A DNA stretch of 64,000 nucleotides from Ginglymostoma cirratum (GCA_024137785.1 JAHRHZ010000086.1:12426131-12490130); one strand, 5' to 3'. Shown: positions 13,815 to 26,477, counted from the first letter of the stretch. Notes: generated by a model from the letters alone, not told the origin. Numbers and translations are program-made.

Positions 13815-14045
13815 AAGAATGGTACAAGATGGGAGAACAGACTTTAATATTTTAAGGCACTGGAGGACTTAGTAAAAGAAATACAAAGAAGGAGCGATGT
13901 CTTTTCTCATGGTCCAGGATGCCCTTGAGATAAATGTTCTGAGGGCACTGAGAGCAAATAGCCCTGGTGGTGAAAGTCAAGAGTTAAACTCAAGGGCTTG
14001 AATAAGTGCTGCAAGAGGTTCAATGACTTTACGCAAGTGGATATG
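13815..14045 (+). pseudogene. PIF/Harbinger Myb/SANT-like ORF remnant
   Basis: ALEDLVKEIQRRSDVF ... CCKRFNDFTQV resembles ALEALVEEV.RR.DVLF ... QCRKKFNDL. Confidence 0.6.
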
Positions 14046-14178
14046 ACCAATGAATGCATCTTCAACAGCTATATCGTACCAAGAGTACATTCGAATCAGA
14101 CATAATTTATTACACCATAGCCCTATCACTTACCTACAAGCAACCTCTTATCAATCAGGGCCCAGACCTGATATTGTG

Positions 14179-14303
14179 AGATAGTAAGAACCGTAGATTC
14201 TGGAGTCAGAGATAACACAGTGTGGAACTGGAGGAATACAGCAGGCCTGGCAGCATCAGAGCAGCAGGAAAGTTGACTTTTCGTGTAAGGACCCTTCTTC
14301 AGC
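14179..14303 (-). mobile_element. Neptune PLE 3' fragment with hammerhead motif and tail
   Basis: Reverse complement CTGAAGA-AGGGT...GAAAAGTC...GCTGCCAGGCCTGCTG...ACTATCTC. Confidence 0.8.
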
Positions 14304-14314
14304 ATTTCTGAGCA

Positions 14315-16204
14315 AAGTGGTTAAAATATGCTGTCACGAACATAGAAACATAGAAGATAGGAGCAGGAGGAGGCCATTCAGCCCTTCGAGCCATTCTTCA
14401 TGATCATGGTTGATTGTCCAACTCAGTAGCCTAATCCTGCTTTCTCCCCGTAACCTTTGATCCTATTCGTCCCAAGTGCTATATCTAGCTGCCTCTTGAA
14501 TACATTCAATGTTTTAGCATCAACTATTTCCTGTGGTAATGAATTCCACAGGCTCACCACTCTTTGAGTGAAGAAAGTCTCCTCATCTCTGTCCTAAATG
14601 GTCTACCATGAATCCTCAGACTGTGACCCCTGGTTCTGGAGACACTCACCAATCGCGAACATCCTCCCTGCATCTACCCTGTCTGGTCCCGATAGAATTT
14701 TATAAGTCTAATGTCACCATCCCCAATCCATATAGTGTGGGAAAATCCCTGGTCCACACAGCATCACTATTGTCAGCTGGGCCAGTAGTAAAAGTGCCGC
14801 ATATAGCTGAACTCCCTGGATCAGGAATGGGAAAACCACATAGAGGATCGGTTCCCAATCATTAACAAGCAAAGAAGCAAAAAAGCAAAAGAGAATTTGT
14901 TTTGCAAGGTGTAACACCAAATAGTAGAGCTGTTCTGAAGAGACAATTGCAACAAACCACATTAATAGAAAAAAAACTCATTTTTGCAGTGAGAAGGATT
15001 TCATCATACAGCCGTCACCTGCCAAGTCAGTCAGCTTCCAACATGTATGTGCAAGGAACGGCGAGATCCCAAGAGCCTGGCCAGCAGAAGAATTACTTTC
15101 AATCTCTGGAGCAGACACTTCAAATTATTAAATTGCTTATTCCAAACATCGCCATCAGCAGTTTCTCACAGCTGGGGGAATTAATACCAAGCTATTGTAT
15201 CATGTTTTATATTTGCAACTAAATTTGACGACTGGATTAAATTAAAATTAATCTACCAGAAAATAATTCATTATAAATGTCATCCTTCCCACCACATAAA
15301 AAGGAGTTTTTGAAGGAGCAGCAGAATGATCGATTAAGTGAAATGATTTTTGACAGATGACCACAAAGCTGAACAACAGAGGCCCACTCAATAGTCAGAT
15401 TTAACATTGAATTTATTGGCAGTTAGTTTGTTGACTAAATTTTTAAAACTTTTATAATTTTGGGCCGGCTACATCACCCTAGGGTGCTCTTTCTGACATA
15501 TAGTTCCACCAACACGGTTTGATACCTCGCATCAACAGCTAGTTTTCAAGCATTGTACCTATCAGAACACAAGGCTTCATAACACTGAAGATCCTTCAAT
15601 CACTTGTGCAAACAACCCTTTCTTCAGGAGTCTTTCAGTAGAGTATGGACAAGGAAATGTGCTGGTTTTATTTTTCAATAGATCACAAGCATTGCAAGCC
15701 AAATGCATACCCTGCATTGTTAGTAAAAAAGAGTGATAAGAGGATTTCAGATCACCCATCCAATAATCATCTCCAAATACTTCCATACAACCAGTAACTC
15801 CAATGTTGTATCCACCTCCAGTCAAGGTGCTCACCACTGCTACTCATTACTGTATAATGTAAAGAATCTCCAGGCATCAACTCTAAATTTGCCACTTATT
15901 TGATTGTCCCCACATAACCATGTCAACACTTACAATTTAGTTTGAGATAATTTTTTCAGATTATCTGTTGCTTGCACTATTCATCAATCTAGATTCCTCC
16001 AAAGGTGACCTCTCTTACTTCCTTCCAAGGCTATCAAAAGTTTGGAGGATTATTTTAGTCTAAGAGAAAAGCAAGCTTGAAATGGATGACACCTGCTTAA
16101 ACCTCCAGATTACTGGCCCAGCTGAAAATAGCAATTCCACATGGACCAGGACACCTTCCCACTCTGTAAGGATTGGAGATAGTGACTTTAAACTTAAGCC
16201 ATTG
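14315..16204 (+). mobile_element. Old hAT-like DNA transposon with ~95-bp inverted termini
   Basis: 14315-14337 plus 14712-14787 is the inverted copy of 16111-16204; internal YFQSLEQTLQIIKLLIP..SSFSQL resembles the hAT dimerisation domain. Confidence 0.55.
14338..14711 (-). mobile_element. CR1 LINE 3' fragment inserted in the left TIR
   Basis: CATAGAAACATAGAAG tail, GAATTCCACAGG, TGACCCCTGG; TGTCAC duplicated at 14332-14337 and 14712-14717. Confidence 0.85.
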
Positions 16205-17519
16205 AGACAACATAACTTTTAACTGCATTTTAGACCTAACTGCTGATGACCACAATTTAAACCTGCTGAAGATGCAAAAGCAGAAACTTGCAGGGTTCGC
16301 ACTCAAACACTGGTTAATTGCAATTTTTATAGCTTAGCAAATGTGGCCCCTTGCACCCACTTTTCCCAAAGGTAGGACTGCTGCTGACAAAAAGTATCAG
16401 GTTTCAGGATGAATCAGGACCAAATAATAGGGTACAATGTGAGGTGTCCAAGAACCTGATGGAGGAGCTTGGTCTTGTGTCCTCTTCCCATTCTACCTTG
16501 GACTAAGAGTCCTAGCAAGATGTTAATAGCTAAGCCCTTTCTCCTGGTGATTCAGTGCCACCACTACTGACCGAGCTGGCAGAGTCCTGGAGGATATGCC
16601 AGCTAGACTGTCCCTGCGGCAGCGGCGAGGAAATGAACAAGAGGGAAAAATTTACTTGACCTCATCCTCACCAATCATGTCTGAGTAGGTAGAGGCTGTC
16701 AACGCACTGTTCTCATGAAGACAATGTCCCATCTTTACACTGATGATATGCTCCATTGTGTTGTGTGGCATTACCAGGGTGCTAAATGGAATAGATTCAG
16801 GATCAATCCAGCAATTGAAAGCTGGGTATCCATCAGGCACTGTGTGCCATCGTCAGGTCAGAACTGTATTCATAAATTGTAATCTCATGGTCCAGCATTT
16901 TCTTCGCTTTACCATTACCACTAAACCATGGTGTTAACTCTAGTTCAATGAAAAGTGCAGAAAGGCATGTCAGGAACACCGCTAGGCATACATAAAAATG
17001 AGACGTCAACCTGATGAAGCTATAGCACAGAACTGCTTTCACGTCAAACAGCATAAGCAGCATGCAACAAACAGAGCTAAGCAATTCCAGAAACAATGGA
17101 TCATATCAAAGCTCTGCAGACCTGCCAAATCTAGTCCTTCTATCATAAGCTCAAAAGCAGAGGTGTTTACTGATGATGGAGCAATGTTCACCACCATTTC
17201 ACAGTGCCTCAGAAACTGAAGATGTTTCCTTGTTCATATGGAGCAAGATCTGGACTTCATTCATACCTGGCCTGACAAGGAGCATGTTACAATCCAGCCA
17301 CTTACCAGGCAATTCCCACTCCCAACAAAAAAGAATTTAACCATTTTGCCTTGGCATTCAATGGCATTGCCATTATTGAACATCAGCATCCTCAAAAAGA
17401 ACACCTTGGGCTGTTGGCCAAGAACTGAATTGGGCCAGCTATGTAAACACTCGCTATAACAGCAGGTCAGAGAATGGAATTCTGGGGTGAGTAACTCACC
17501 TTCTGACTCCTTGACGTCT

Positions 17520-18068
17520 TTAAGGCTCTTGCAAAGATTTGTTGCTCGAGTTGTGGGTGAGGTTGTTGACTTGCTTGCCGAGCTGGCTTGTTTTCATTCA
17601 GACATTTTGTCACCATGCTAGGTAACATCAACAGTGTGGCCTCCAATGAAGCGATGTTGTTCTAATCTGCTTGGAATTTATACTGTCCAGTCTGTTATGG
17701 TGAGTTGTGTCATCTCCAGTTTTGTTCTGTATGGGTTTGTATATGGGGTCCAATTCTATACGTTTGGACAATGAAGGTCATCAGTTTAACTGGGCAACAT
17801 AACCATAGTAGCACAAGCCAACATAGACACGCACAGGAATTCCTAGAGACATGGTTCTCAACCCGTAATGCAATCAACAAACATATAGAATTGGACCCCA
17901 TATACAAACTCATACAGAATAGAACCGGAAATGAGTCAACTCACCACAACGGACTGGACAATATAAATTCCAAGCGGAGTAGAGCAACATCGTTTCATTG
18001 GAGGTATCACTGATGATTTGCAAAGTGTGTGGACGAAAACAAGCCAGGTCAGTGAGCAAGTCAACAGC
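17520..18068. mobile_element. Poseidon-type PLE inverted composite (minus arm ~17520-17765, plus arm ~17766-18068)
   Basis: Arms are mutually inverted; HAQEFLETWFSTRNAINKHIELDPIY is a GIY-YIG C-terminus; degenerate TSD CTCCTTGACGTCT (17507-17519) / CTCCTCAAAGTCT (18069-18081). Confidence 0.8.
17599..17636 (-). ncRNA. Minimal hammerhead motif of the Poseidon-type family
   Basis: Reverse complement CA-CTGTTGA-T-GTTACC-TAGCAT-GGTGAC-AAAA-TGTC-TG; the sister arm retains CTGATGA at 18010-18016. Confidence 0.55.
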
Positions 18069-19059
18069 CTCCTCAAAGTCTGTTCACCATCTACAAAGCA
18101 TAAGTCAGTGGTGTGATGGCATACTCTCCACTTACCTCATTAAATGTGGCTTGAACAATACACAAAAAGCTGTCTGGTTGATCAGCACCCTATTTCCCAA
18201 CTTAAACATTCACTGGTGCACAGTAGCAGCAATATCTACCACCTGCAAGATGTGCTGAAGCAACTCACCAGAGCATCTTTGAAAGCACCTTCCAAATCTG
18301 CAACTTTTACAAGCTAGAAGGATAAGGATAGCAGATATGCAGGAATACCATGCTCCCTTTCAAGCCACGTACTATTCTGACTTGGCAAGATATTGCCATT
18401 TCTTAACTGGATCAAAATCCTGGAACTCCTTTCCTAATTGCACTGTGAGTATCTACCCCATGATGGACGGTAATGATTCAAGGAGGTGGCTCACCAACAC
18501 CTTCTGAGGGGCAATAAGGGATGGGCAATAAATGCTGGTTTTGCCAGTGATAGCCTATGAGGGAGTTTTTAAAAATTCTACAAATATGTCCAATGAGCTG
18601 GAATAGGAGAGCACATTTCAGATGAAGTCCTCAGAGAAATCCTGGAATATATTTTGATGTATTGTTGGTCTTGCCTTGACAAAGTGCTCCAGAAAATCCC
18701 CTAACCCATTTCAAATGTCCTCTTCAAACCTCTAACAACAAGCCAACTATAAAAGGTGATATCCATTTAAGCAGTACTTGAAATCTTCCATAATGATTTC
18801 CTCATTTCCAATCAGTTGGTTGCTGTTAGGAGAAGGCATTAGGTCAGATGCCAGCCATCAAAATGTTCTGGAGTCTTGTAAATGAGCATAAGCATTATTT
18901 TAAGTGGCAGTCACTTGACACTTCTCCAGGTGGCTTTCTTTAGTGTCAGCTTCAAATCTATCATGCTAAATGCAGGCTAAACCATTAGTTCAACTTAAAT
19001 CAGCTTCATCTAGGCCTCTCCAGAAGTTGTTTGTTCCCTAAAGTGTCAGGGAAAAATTG

Positions 19060-19750
19060 CCCTTTGACTTCTCCAGTCTTTGTTTAAGTGTCAGACACTA
19101 GTGATCAGCCTTGTTTGTTACCTGCTATCATTATTTGCGCCAACTCTATTATCTGAATGGCTAGATATGGATGCAATACTCATCTAACCAGAATAAAATA
19201 CATTTGACTGCAACTTTCTCAGAATTGTAAGCTGCTGTTTTGACTACATTTAGTGTAGCATTCTACTTGCTTTGGTGATTTTAGTGGTTGAACATAACTG
19301 TAAAGTCCACTAAAGCCTAATCATTCTTCTTCTACTTCATGCTTAGCTGTTTCAACATCAATCAAGTCTACATATGCTATTCAATTTTTCTTACTATGTG
19401 CAGTACAGGGCCTTAACGGTATTAAATTTCATTTGTTGTTATTTCATCAAATAACATTTTGTAATTTCCATGTTGCCTATTCAACAGCCAACTAACACTG
19501 TGGCTCTGAATCCCAGTTATGGATGAGGTTTAACAACACTAATGATCTTGATACAAATATCTGGAGAGATCCAATGGAGCACTTGCCCCACCTAACTTAA
19601 GGACAAATAATTCCTGCTCCTTTTCTTCTTCTAGCTAGGTTTCTCTCCATTCCTACGGTTTACCCTGAAAGTTCAATGCTTTGGACTTAGTGAGTAGACT
19701 TTCATGTGGATCTTTTGCAAATTTTATTCTGGACTTAAGAGGTGTGTATT
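19060..19750 (-). mobile_element. Old CR1 LINE fragment
   Basis: Decayed CR1 ORF2 landmarks (ACAATACTC-like, TTAAATTTCATTTG, GTGGATC...GCAAA...TTCTGGA). Confidence 0.45.
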
Positions 19751-21187
19751 AAAAAAAAACTCAGGATATCCTAAAGTGCTTTATTGCCATTGAAGTATGT
19801 TTGACGGGAAGTCACTGTTATATGTAGCAACGTTGTAACAAGTCATGTTACTGTCTAGATATAGCTTAATACAATATAAACATGGGCCCTGCACTCAATT
19901 TGAGGAACCTGTACTTGGAATCCTACTGGTATTGCTACATTATACATTTGATCTTCCGTTTGCCAAATGATCTACTGCATACATTTTAAGCACTAATTAG
20001 CTGGACTGTAAGATGCACAGGTGAAGATTAAATTCGGTGCCAAACGTGAGGAATTTGTCAGTGGCTTCTGAAAATATTTGAATGAGACATTAATGATGAA
20101 ATTAAGAAAAAGTAGTCACGTGTTTATATGGAACAGAAAATCAAACACATGTGGTAAACAATCAAGAGCAGCCACTGGACACATGTCTTTAATTTACTGA
20201 TACCATAAAAACAGATGAGCTCTTTTTGATTTGGAATCAACATCACATGGAAATTGTAGAGATTGGATAGCAAAATGATACTGTTTTCTTCCAGCAAAGT
20301 TTAATGGGTGGACTTGCATTCAATTCCAATATTATGCTTTAAACAAATGGTAAATTTGGATGAGAAATAAAGATTTGAACTTAAATGCATTGATCTAGTT
20401 TGCTTTTATGTGCAATTAAATGTATGTTGCATGCTTTTATTTCAGGACTCATATTTTAAAATCTAATTTCCTAAAATTTCTCAATATTTCATTGCAGTTT
20501 TCATAATTGCTGTTCTCCCTTTCATAACTAAAATACAAAATTTTCACGAAATTTGTAATAAAAGATTATTTTTCCTTATCCAATTTGCTGCATTGCCTTC
20601 CTAAACCCTTTGATGGGCTGCTCTTCTGGAGTAAGTCACCAAATGTCCTTTATTCACAGGGTAAGCTCTACACTTGGCATTATTCATCTAATCAATCTCT
20701 GCCCTCATCTGGCATCCTGACACTCAGACATACCAATTAGAAGATACCATGGGTGATTTCCTTCCCCTGGATCCTGCCCTAAACCAAGGAAATTCTGAGG
20801 CCAATTGTCATGCCTCTACCTTCCTGTGAGACTAGTTAGTTTAGTATTAATCATATTATAAAACATTCTTTTTTACAGCTGAGATGCTGACTATTGGGTC
20901 AGATACGATAATACTTTAGTCACAATGGTTTTATATTATAACTACAAGGTCATATATTGAATCCAAAATGATTGGTTACTCTGATAAAACAATATTCTAC
21001 ACAGTGCAAGATGTGCAAATTATTATTATGTTTTTCCTGATGAAAACATGGTAATTTTGGCACCATATCCACAACACAATATGTTTTTCCTACATATAAA
21101 CGCGGAAGGGAGATTTCTAAATATAAATTTAAAAGCAAAAATCTGAAAGCTTTCATACAGTAGCAAATAAACATCTATTTTAATCTG

Positions 21188-22161
21188 GAGATAGTAGAAA
21201 CTGCCAATGCTGGAGAATCTGAGATGATAAGGTGTAGAGGTGGATGAACATAGCAGGCCAAGCAGCATCAGAGGAGCAGGAAGGCTGACATTTCAGGTCT
21301 AGACTCTTCTTCAGAAATGGGGGAGGGGAAGGGGATTCAGAAATAAATAGGGAGAGAGGGGGAGGCGGATAGAAGATGGATAAAGGAGAAGCTAGGTGGA
21401 GACGAGACAGACAGGTCAAAGAGGTGGGAATGAAGCCAGTAAAGGTGAGTGTACGTGGGGAGTTAGGGAGGGGATAGATCAGTCCAGGGAGGACGGACAG
21501 GTAAAGAAGGCAGGATGAGGCTGGTAGGTAGGAGATGGGAGTGGGGCTTGAGGTGGGAGGAGTGGATAGGTGGGAGGAAGGACAGGTTAGGGAGGCGGAG
21601 ATGAGCTGGGCTGGTTTTGGGATGCGGTTGGGGGAGGGGAGATTTTGAAGCTTGTGAAGTCCACATTGATACCATTGGGCTGCAGGGTTCCCAAGGGAAA
21701 TATGAGGTGCTGTTCCTGCAACCTTCGGGTAGCATCGTTGTTGTGGTACTGCAGGAGGCCCAGGATAGACATGTCATCTGAGGAATGGGAGGGGGAGTTG
21801 AAATGGTTCGCTTCTGGGAGGTGCAGTCGTTTGTCGCGAACCGAGCGTAGGTGTTCCACAAAGTGGTCCCCAAGCCTCCGCTTGGTTTCCCCGATGTAGA
21901 GGAGGCCACATTGGGAACAGCGGATACAGTATACCACATTAGCAGATGTGTAGGTGAATATCTGTTTGGTGTGGAAGGTCTTCTTGGGGCCAGGGCTGGG
22001 GCTGAGGGGGGAGGTGTAGGGTCATGTGTAGCACTTCCTGTGGTTGCAGGGACAAGTGCCGGGGGTGGTAGGGCTAGTGGGGAATGTGGAGTGGACAAGG
22101 GAGTCTCAGAGAGAGTGGTCCCTCTGGAAAGCAGATAAGGGTGGGGAGGGGAAAATGTCTT
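21188..22161 (-). mobile_element. Neptune PLE 3' part: Cys linker, GIY-YIG, 3' UTR, hammerhead, tail
   Basis: CPCNHRKCYT; VYCIRCSQCGLLYIGETKRRLGDHFVEH...EQHLIFPLGTLQPNGIN; reverse complement CTGAAGAAGAGTCTAGACCTGAAATGTC at ~21285-21313. Confidence 0.92.
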
Positions 22162-22489
22162 TGCTGTGATACAAGTAATAAACATGAAATGAGGTGCATT
22201 CGTTGTGAAGACAAAAAATATAACTTACCATTCATTTCATATTCTATTGCTGCAACTGGAATAACTTAGAAATTTTAGCACAGAAACAGGTTATTCGGGC
22301 CCACTGATCTATGTTGGTGTTCACATGCCACACAGTCTTCTTCCTGCATCATTTCATCACAACTTCTTAGTATATACCATTCCTTTCTCCCTCATGTACC
22401 TAACTAGCTTCCCAATAAATACATCTATTATCTTTCTATCTCATGGCACTTTTGCTGGTTGAATAGTCAAGATAGACAAATGTTACACA

Positions 22490-22712
22490 AACAAAATCAG
22501 GAAGTGCTGGAGAAACGCAGCATCTGTGAAGAGAAAACAGAGCTAACATTTCTAGTCCAGTGACTCATCTTCAGAACATTCTGAGAACCATCACTGGACT
22601 CAAAGCGTTAACTCTGTTTTGTCTTCTCAGATGCTGCAGGGCGTACTAAGTTTCTTCAGCATTTTCTACTTTTGTTTGTTTCAGATCTCAAGCATCTGCA
22701 GTTCTTTTTTTT
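22490..22712. mobile_element. PLE family-2 short inverted composite
   Basis: GCAGCATCTGTGAAGAGAAAACAGAG is inverted to CTCTGTTTTGTCTTCTCAGATGCTGC; hammerhead remnants in both arms; tail on the plus arm only. Confidence 0.7.
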
Positions 22713-24028
22713 TAAAATATATACAACACCCTGGTACAGCATTCAACAGCTTAGTGAAACCTTCAGCAATGATTGGACAAAATTCCCAATTATTTTAATC
22801 TAATTTTTCAATCTACAATGCAGCTAGAAAATGTCTGTAAATTAATTTTAAGCAACTTTATTCTCATCCTACTTGAATACTAACATCAATGGAAGCCACA
22901 GGGTTAAAGAGTACAGAGTAGAAAATAGGCACTGTTGATGAATTTCCATAACTCAAGATGGAAAAATTCTGGCTGATAGAAAAAGGGTCAATGGCCTACT
23001 CTGTAGGGAACCATATATTGGGAGAAGTTAATTGGCTACAGACTTTTTAAAGAAAGGGTCAGGTCGCAATACAGACTAAAAAAGGAAATGATATTGTGAT
23101 AAAAGCTATTTTCCCACACACTAATCCTGAAGTACATATTTAAACTGACATATTGAAATATAGCAACATGTTTTCTGCTCCCTAATAACTGTTTACCAGG
23201 ATCCATTGCTCAAACGTTCCTGGATTCTTAATGCAATCCAAAACGTAACAATATCCATGTTCCCTCTAAGTGAAACCAGTCTTGGAATGGCATGTGTTTG
23301 CTGGATTGGACTCTGATGCTATCTTCCCATTCCTTCAAATAATCTGTCACCATCTAGGGTGAGGCTCACACATGCATTTTGATGAGCATTCTAGATCTGC
23401 TAAAATCCCAGGAATTATATCCCAGCATTAGTCTTTGCTTTGAAAAAAAAGAAAATCAAGCATGGTGGTAGGAGAGATGGACAGAAAAGTGGAAGTGTGG
23501 GAAGTCAAAATTCTTCTCTGGGATTTTAAATCTATCATGAAGGGATCATTGAGAGTCTTATGCCCCTTGAGCCACCTCAACACATTTAATTTGTGCATGG
23601 TTGCTTTGGTATCTAGTGGCACAATTGAACTATCTTCCATTCATGACAATTTCAGGATCTGAGGCATCAGGAAAGGTACAGAAGGCAAAGTGCTCCACCA
23701 TCTGTCACACCTCTTTAGTAGCCAGCTGGAGAGAATAGGGTGTGGAATCAATTGCATTCTTTGCCTTGTCCAGCTAGGAATAATGCATAGTGATGGGAAA
23801 GTAAATACACATGGGAACCTAGGTTGTTATTTAGTATCTCTAATCCCAGCACCGTCTGACTAAGCTCTGTTGGTCTAATTTTGCTCCTCGTATTGTTCAG
23901 ATTCAGAGATGATGAGTACACAAATTGTTGTTAAAAGCATGTCTAAACAAACTCTGCCTAAAACTGTGATAACAAGGCGTGGGGCTGGATGAACACAGCA
24001 GGCCAAGCAGCATCATAGGAGCAGGAAA

Positions 24029-24063
24029 ACTTGACGTTTTGGGCCTAGACCCTTCATCAGAAA
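24029..24063 (-). ncRNA. Minimal hammerhead motif (one core G>A change)
   Basis: Reverse complement TTT-CTGATGA-A-GGGT-CTAG-GCCC-AAAA-CGTC-AAG. Confidence 0.65.
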
Positions 24064-24350
24064 TGGGGGAGGGGAAGAGGGTTCTGAAATAAATAGGGAG
24101 AGAGGGGGAGGCGGATAGAAGATGGATAGAGGAGAGGATAGGTGGAGAGGAGGCAGACAAGTCGAAGAGGCGGGGATGGAGCCAGTAAAGGTGAGTGTAG
24201 GTGGGGGGTAGGGAGGGGATAGGTCAGTCCAGGGAGGACGGACAGGTCAAGGGGGCGGAATGATGTTAGTAGATAGGAGATGGAAGTGGGGCTTGAGGTG
24301 GGAGGAGGGGATAGGTGAGAGGAAAAACAGGTTAGGGAGGTGGAGATGAG

Positions 24351-25411
24351 CTCCGCTCCAATCCCAACCTCACCATAAAACCCGCGGACAAGGGAGGCGC
24401 AGTCGTAGTATGGCGCACTGACCTCTACATTGCTGAGGCCAGGCGCCAACTCTCTGACACCTCCTCCTACCGCCCCCTGGATCATGACCCCACCCCTGAG
24501 CACCAAACCATCATCTCCCAAACCATCCACAACCTCATCACCTCAGGTGACCTCCCACCCACCGCCTCCAACCTCATCGTTCCCCAACCCCGCACCGCCC
24601 GCTTCTATCTCCTCCCCAAAATCCACAAACCTGAATGCCCTGGTCGACCCATTGTCTCCGCCTGCTCCTGCCCCACCGAACTTATCTCCACCTACCGAGA
24701 CTCCATTTTCACCCCCTTGGTCCAGGAACTCCCTACCTACGTCCGTGACACCACCCACACCCTCCACCTCCTCCAGAACTTCCAATTCCCAGGTCCCCAA
24801 CACCTCATTTTTACTATGGACGTCCAGTCCCTATATACCTGTATTCCCCATGCTGATGGCCTAAAGGCCCTCCGCTTCTTCCTGTCCCGCAGAACGGACC
24901 AATCCCCCTCCACCGACACCCTCATCCGCCTAGCCGAACTCGTCCTCACCCTCAACAACTTTTCTTTCAATTCCTCCCACTTCCTACAAACAAAGGGTGT
25001 GGCCATGGGTACCCGCATGGGTCCAAGCTATGCCTGCCTCTTTGTAGGTTATGTGGAACAATCCCTCTTCCGTACCTACACTGGCCCTAAACCCCACCTC
25101 TTCCTCCGTTACATTGATGACTGCATCGGCGCCGCCTCGTGCTCCCACGAGGAGCTCGAACAGTTCATCCAATTCACCAACACTTTCCACCCCAACCTGA
25201 AGTTCACCTGGACCATCTCTAACACTTCTCTCTCCTTCCTGGACCTCTCTGTCTCCATCTCGGGCAACCACCTAGAGACAGATGTCCATTTCAAGCCCAC
25301 TGACTCCCACAGCTACCTGGAATACACCTCCTCCCACCCACCCTCCTGCAAAAATGCCATCCCCTATTCCCAATTCCTTCGCCTCCGCCGCATCTGTTCC
25401 CAGGATGAGAC
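24351..25411 (+). CDS. PLE reverse transcriptase, uninterrupted but 5'-truncated and cut by an assembly gap
   Basis: Stop-free frame LRSNPNLTIKPADKGGAVVVW...FYLLPKIHK..GRPIVS...MDVQSLYTCIP...GVAMGT...RYIDD...FLDL...KPTD. Confidence 0.92.
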
Positions 25412-25811
25412 NNNNNNNNNNNNNNNNNNNNNNNNNNNNNNNNNNNNNNNNNNNNNNNNNNNNNNNNNNNNNNNNNNNNNNNNNNNNNNNNNNNNNNNNN
25501 NNNNNNNNNNNNNNNNNNNNNNNNNNNNNNNNNNNNNNNNNNNNNNNNNNNNNNNNNNNNNNNNNNNNNNNNNNNNNNNNNNNNNNNNNNNNNNNNNNNN
25601 NNNNNNNNNNNNNNNNNNNNNNNNNNNNNNNNNNNNNNNNNNNNNNNNNNNNNNNNNNNNNNNNNNNNNNNNNNNNNNNNNNNNNNNNNNNNNNNNNNNN
25701 NNNNNNNNNNNNNNNNNNNNNNNNNNNNNNNNNNNNNNNNNNNNNNNNNNNNNNNNNNNNNNNNNNNNNNNNNNNNNNNNNNNNNNNNNNNNNNNNNNNN
25801 NNNNNNNNNNN
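25412..25811. other. Assembly gap (400 N)
   Basis: Run of n. Confidence 0.99.
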
Positions 25812-25874
25812 TCCATCCTCTATCCGCCTCCCCCTCTCTCCCTATTTATTTCAGAACCCTCTTCCCCTCCCCCA

Positions 25875-25908
25875 TTTCTGATGAAGGGTCTAGGCCTGAA
25901 ACATCAAG
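25875..25908 (+). ncRNA. Minimal hammerhead motif
   Basis: TTT-CTGATGA-A-GGGT-CTAG-GCCT-GAAA-CATC-AAG; catalytic boxes intact. Confidence 0.7.
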
Positions 25909-26477
25909 TTTTCCTGCTCCTATGATGCTGCTTGGCCTGCTGCGTTCATCCAGCCCCACGCCTTGTTATCTCGGATTCTCCAGCATCTGCAGTACCTTTT
26001 ATCTCTGCCTAAACCTGTTGCTGAATATCTGTCTAAAATACTGGGCAGCAGGAAGTAAGTGGAAGTAGTGCAAGTTAACCTGAAATGAATAGGTTCATTA
26101 ATTCCCTTAACATTCTCGCAATCAGCAATTTATTATGTGAAGAAATGGCTGCAGACAGACAACTACTATTATTTTGCAATTCAAATGATTTAAAATGAGA
26201 AAGCTCCTTTCTTTGTATATTCCTGGTCTGAAGGGGGTGGAATTTAACTAAGCACTGGAATGAAAAACTCAGATCAGTTTAATATCAAATCCAAGTCAAA
26301 TTAACCTTCATGCTGTTCCCAAGCCATCAGATGGAGCATTGGATTGAAACTGATGAATTCATCATTATAATTATGAACCTAAAGTCGATTTCCTCTGTTT
26401 CATATCCAATTTCTTGATAAACAGTCAACATAAGCAAACTATATGGAACATTTCTGATGTTATTATGAATATGTAGA

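Larger units (their letters stand above)
16600..18575 (+). mobile_element. CR1/L2-group LINE, internally deleted, interrupted by a PLE
   Basis: TRGKNLLDLILTN endonuclease motif, FTDD RT motif, 3' end GGGCAATAAGGGATGGGCAATAAATGCTGG. Confidence 0.75.
23968..26002. mobile_element. Young Neptune PLE inverted composite (minus arm 23968-24350, plus arm 24351-26002)
   Basis: 16-bp TSD CTCTGCCTAAA[A/C]CTGT at 23952-23967 and 26003-26018; arms nearly identical. Confidence 0.93.

Noticed and set aside
21463-22185. 240-aa Pro/Ser/Thr-rich ORF and similar ORFs at 3905, 6893 and 24430
   Set aside because: Alternative frames of the C-rich PLE coding strand.
25282-25925. Long ORFs of 150-402 aa in the track
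   Set aside because: Inflated by the N gap; only the RT frame 24351-25411 is real.
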